In this document: piece by piece, positions 60,004 to 64,000 of the stretch
Numbering within the stretch: position 1 is the first letter of the stretch
How the letters are laid out: the number at the start of each line of letters is the position of its first letter
From: Selaginella moellendorffii
Taxonomy: Eukaryota; Plantae; Lycopodiophyta
Reading direction: 5' to 3'
Assembly (NCBI RefSeq): GCF_000143415.4
Contig: NW_003314269.1
Span: forward strand, 2,177,544-2,241,543
DNA: 64,000 bases
Made by a program: the position numbers and the translations under genes
The notes under the pieces: generated by a model
What the model saw: only the letters and a program-made list of their open reading frames with translations
Told to the model about the DNA's origin: nothing
Databases searched by the model: none

Positions 60004-61210
60004 CTACGCACTATGCCCGTTCCGGGCATCACACTCTGCACCTAGAAAGGTCATCACGAAGAATAAATCAAGAACCAAAGTATACCTTCGTGAGCTTCAA
60101 TCATTTCAGCCACATTTTTCTGGACCAGCTCGCAAATGCTTCCTAGAGGAAGGATTGAGAATGGCTCTTCGATTATCACTCCTACCTGGCGAAGAACCGT
60201 CTAAGGAAAAGTTAAGAGCGTAGAAATCCATACCTCGTCGATGCAAAAGAGTGCAGTGGCGCTAAATCCCGTGGCCGGAATGGTGAGCCAGTGGTAGAAA
60301 TCCCACAGCGCCAGCGCCAGCGTGAGGTGCCAGATGATGAGCATCCTGGAAGTGAGGTGCGAGTAAGATGGCGGAATTGGAGTTCGTAGAATGCGTGCAC
60401 AGGCGCCAAGATTGTCGTGGAGCTGCGTGATATTGAGATCCTGCAACCAGGGAGTATGAACCCATTGATCATAAAAAAGAAAGAACTTGCTTACCATGAT
60501 CGCCTTGTTGTGAGCGCTCATCCCCTGGCAAGCTCCAGTCGTCTCGGCGATCCTCAGCAGCACAAGAATTGGTCGATGCGTCGCAGCTAAAACAAACGCT
60601 AGATCTTCCCCATCGAGCACGCCCTTGAGCTCCTCCTGGAGAGCCTTGTCAGTGTCGATGTGGAAGCAATGGAAACGTGGCATTGACCACCATTGACCAT
60701 TACGTTGACCAATGGTTGACCCCAAAGCCCTGTTACAATGTAGCTATCGCCGATCAATGATGAAGCACAGGGACTAGCGCGCAAGATCTCTACACCTGTT
60801 CACGTTCGATCCAAACGCTTTCCTGCCCTCGTTGTAGCGGCTGTAGGAAGAATTTGTGCGGAAGACGAGGAGCAGCGCCAGCGCGGGCGCCGTGAGCTGG
60901 AATGGAATCGGCGAGATGTGGAGGAGCGAGGAATAGGAAAATATTCCGGAGATCACCGCCTGGTTGTAGGCCGAGATTGCCGAGGATCGCTGGCGATTAC
61001 TCGCGACGAGGCGATCGCGCGGATGACGGCGGCTGCTCCTGTGCCGGATCCAGTCCTCCCGGCTGACGGAACTGCCTTCTCTTGATCGGCTTTGGAGGCC
61101 CGGACGAAGAGATTCCGTCCCTGATTCATGAAGAAAGAGGGCCGATGTGGAGGATTGGAGGCGACGCGAGAGCACACAGCGCGATCTGCCAAGCATTCTT
61201 CTTCATACAT
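60004..61210 (-). pseudogene. Disrupted bestrophin-like/UPF0187 (VCCN-type) chloride channel gene
   Basis: WIRHRSSRRH, FQLTAPALALLLVFRTNSSYSRYNEGRK, RILRTPIPPSYSHLTSR, FCIDEVGVIIEEPF. Defects: first TM segment missing, frame changes, and an in-frame TAG at 60774-60776. Confidence 0.8.
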
Positions 61211-61269
61211 CCAAACTGCCCCCAACAGAAAGTTAGGGTTAGGGTTCTAGCGAGGTTTAGATTGCCGCC
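61211..61269. promoter_or_regulatory. Putative bidirectional telo-box promoter
   Basis: 59 bp between divergent ATGs, containing TTAGGGTTAGGGTT. Confidence 0.55.
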
Positions 61270-64000
61270 ATGGCGAAGCCAGCGCACAAGAAGAAGGATG
61301 GCGCTTCTTCTTCTTCTGCGGCATTGAAGCCGAGAAATGCAGCTGGCAAGAAGAAGCGCGGCGATTCAGGGAAGAGCAAGGGATTTGGCGAGAAGAACAA
61401 GGGCAGCAAGGTCGCGATTGCAAAATCAGGGCATTTTCAGAAGAAGCGTAGCGGTGGAGGGGATCAATCACGAACACCGCAAGAGTGAGTACGCTGCTAA
61501 CTTCGTTCTGTTTCATTAGAAGAGTTCTTTTTTCCAGAAAGAAGCGAAAACTATCGTTTAAGAAAGACGAGGGGGTAAACGAAGACGCTGCAAAGCCTTC
61601 GGACATTCACAAGAAATTCGACAAGAAGAAACCTGTGGATCGCAAAGCTAAGAAGGTTTTCTTCCTTCTATACATGTTTCAATGTATTTATCTTATCTTG
61701 ATAGGAGCTTCTGGAGTCCCGGAAAAGGAAGCGAAAACCAAATTTCGACATTGAAAAGGTGATCCATTGTAGTAAACAATGCGAAACGAATTAAATGTTG
61801 GGCGTGCATTCAGGACGTTGTCTCGCTATGGGAGAAAATGAGGCAGAGAAACATAAAGGCCGAAGATCGATCAAGGTATAATAAAGTTTCGAGGTAGCTT
61901 GGAGTGTGCTGAAAAAATTATCTCTGTTTTGTCAGGATTGTGTCAGAAACATTGGCGAAGATGAAAGGGAAAATGGTGCAAATGGCCATGTCTCATAGTT
62001 GCTCGCGTGTTTTGCAAGTGAGTAGATTGTTTGAAAATTTTCTGTACCTGGTGATTGTGTGATTGCGTTTTGCAGTCTTGTGTCAAACATTCTCAAGAGG
62101 CACAAAAAAACGAGGTTTTTCAAGAGCTCAGGCCCAGCTTCCTAGATTTGTGTTTGAACACTTACGCTTGTCACCTTGCACTGAGAATGATTGACAATGG
62201 TGAGTACTTTCATCAACGGTGTTTTGTTCCAACTATGTCGATTTGCAGCTAAAAAGGATCAGCTTCAACAACTTCTTTCAATTCTGCATGGGAATGTTGT
62301 GCGTCTTCTTAGGCATCCGACTGGCTCAGCTGGTACGTGCTTCAGGAACATACTCTAGTGAAATAATAGACTGGGACTTTGTAGTTGTCGAGCATGCCTA
62401 TCACGCTGCCAGTGGTTCTCAAAAACAGGAGCTTGTATCGGAATTTTTTTCTCCCGAGTTCCGCTTGTTTAGAAACATTACCAAAGGAAGGTAAGAGAAC
62501 AATTTTCATAGTGTGGAACTATAAACTTTCAATATGCAGGATCAAGGAGATACTTTCCGATGAACCGGCTGCCAAACGTAAAACGGTTCTGGAACACATG
62601 ACACTAAGTATTCAACCGATACTAGAGAAAGGAATAGTCGACCACTCAATTATTCACCGAGTACTTGTCGAATATTTGAGTATAGCTCCAATGGTAACAA
62701 CTTTCTTCTTTTTTGTTCATGCTTATGACGATTTTGTTCAGAGTATGGTTGGTAATATTGTTGACCAACTTTCGGGACCTCTTCTCGTGCGTATGCTCCA
62801 CACAGCAGATGGTGCGAAACTTGGTGTTCTGTGTGTGCGCCATGGATCTGCAAAAGTACGTGTAGCTTGGTTCCTTTTTCTTTGTATAATCTGTTGACTG
62901 GTAAATCACGTGCACAGCAAAGGAAGAAGATTATTAAAGCGTTGAAGGGTCAAGTCTTAAAGGTTGCTCGCGACGATCATGGTTATGCTGTAAGTTTTTC
63001 TCGTTATTATCCGCCGTACGTCCTTGACAGGCTCCATCGGCAGGTCCTTCTGAGTGTAATTGACGTTGTTGACGATACTGAACTTGTGACCAAGGCAAGT
63101 GTGTAAGTTGTGAAGTTTTTTCACGCCTTGAATTTCTGTGGGTGCAGGTTATCATGTCAGAATTGGCAACAGAAATCAGGGAGTTAAGTGTGAACAAGGT
63201 AGGCTTCATCTTAAAATTTCTTGTGGGATATTTGTCGTTCGCAAAAGTATGGCCAGCGATTAATTCTACATCTTCTCACACCAAATATACCGAGATATTT
63301 TCCTGCGGAGCTGCTGAAGACACTCAAGTCTCCAGTCGAGTTTAGTAAGTCCATTTAACTCATTTTGATGACGTTGTGTGATGAGGTGGTTGCATGTGCA
63401 GTTTCAAGTTCGAAAACGACAGCCGATGCTTGCGAAAAAGGAGATGATGAATGCGGGGACGTAAACGATGGTGACGACAATACGGAGAGTGCGCGCATTA
63501 GCAAAAAGGATCCATTCTTACGAAGAACCGAGCTGCTTTCGAAAAGTGGATTTGCGCAGGTACTTTCTCTTTTAGAGCTGAGGGCTTGCAGTGTATCTCA
63601 GTTTGCTCTTGGCTTTCGGCTTGTGTAGAAGCTAGTGGAAGCATGTGCGACCAACGCAGGGGAGCTGTTACGATCGCCTCTCGGGAAGGACGTCATCTAC
63701 GAGGTAAGCTTTTGAAGTCATCGATTTCTTTTGAGTATATGTGCTTGGTGCAGGTAGCACGCGGTGGCGTTGACGGAATAATGTTGAAAGCTACGCCGGA
63801 AGGAATATCATCAGTGCATAAAGCAATAGCGGACCTAGCTGCATTACCAAAAGACAAGAAAACAGAAGAGGAACACGTGCTGGAGCACTACCATGCTAGC
63901 CGCACGATCCGGAGGCTGGTTCTGGACAGCAGCTGTCATAAGTTGGATGGGAGCTCGGAGTCTTTTGCGCAAATGCTGTGGAGCCTCGCACTGCAAGGGA
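61270..64000 (+). CDS. Pumilio-family nucleolar protein (APUM24/Puf-A/Puf6-like), 5' part
   Basis: Lys-rich N-terminus, SLWEKMR, SHSCSRVLQSCVK, VVEHAY, IQPILEKGIVDHSIIH, RMLHTADGAK, ISKKDPFLRRTELL. Many short introns; runs off window. Confidence 0.92.

Overview
Gene-dense plant nuclear DNA with very short introns (mostly ~45-65 nt), telo-box promoters and PLS-type PPR genes. The style is most consistent with a lycophyte such as Selaginella (inference). About 21 spliced or single-exon genes were reconstructed by eye: TBL2-like WD40 (partial), OXA2-like insertase with TPR tail, fatty acyl-CoA reductase, FQR1-like quinone reductase, CASP-like, DRM1/ARP, GATA26-like, SAM methyltransferase, a group II PLP decarboxylase, FANCF-like, RPS27, a secreted cyanovirin-N homolog, 2-oxoglutarate dehydrogenase E2, two PPRs, a Pro-rich membrane orphan, RPS30, a DUF547 protein, SETH3/KdsD, GGACT/AIG2-like, a HAD nucleotidase and APUM24 (partial). 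There are also three pseudogenes, a PD-(D/E)XK remnant, and a ~14 kb AT-rich island (43.4-57.3 kb) of nested Ty3/gypsy elements. Most notable: (1) an intron-containing decarboxylase of bacterial (VlmD-like) rather than plant SDC type, next to a methyltransferase and a collapsed copy of itself; (2) a two-exon secreted CVNH lectin that the ORF track largely misses; (3) a DRM1 gene that appears to carry both family-typical C-termini as alternative last exons; (4) an inverted pair of same-family LTR retrotransposons. All family assignments come from motif recognition from memory; no searches were run.
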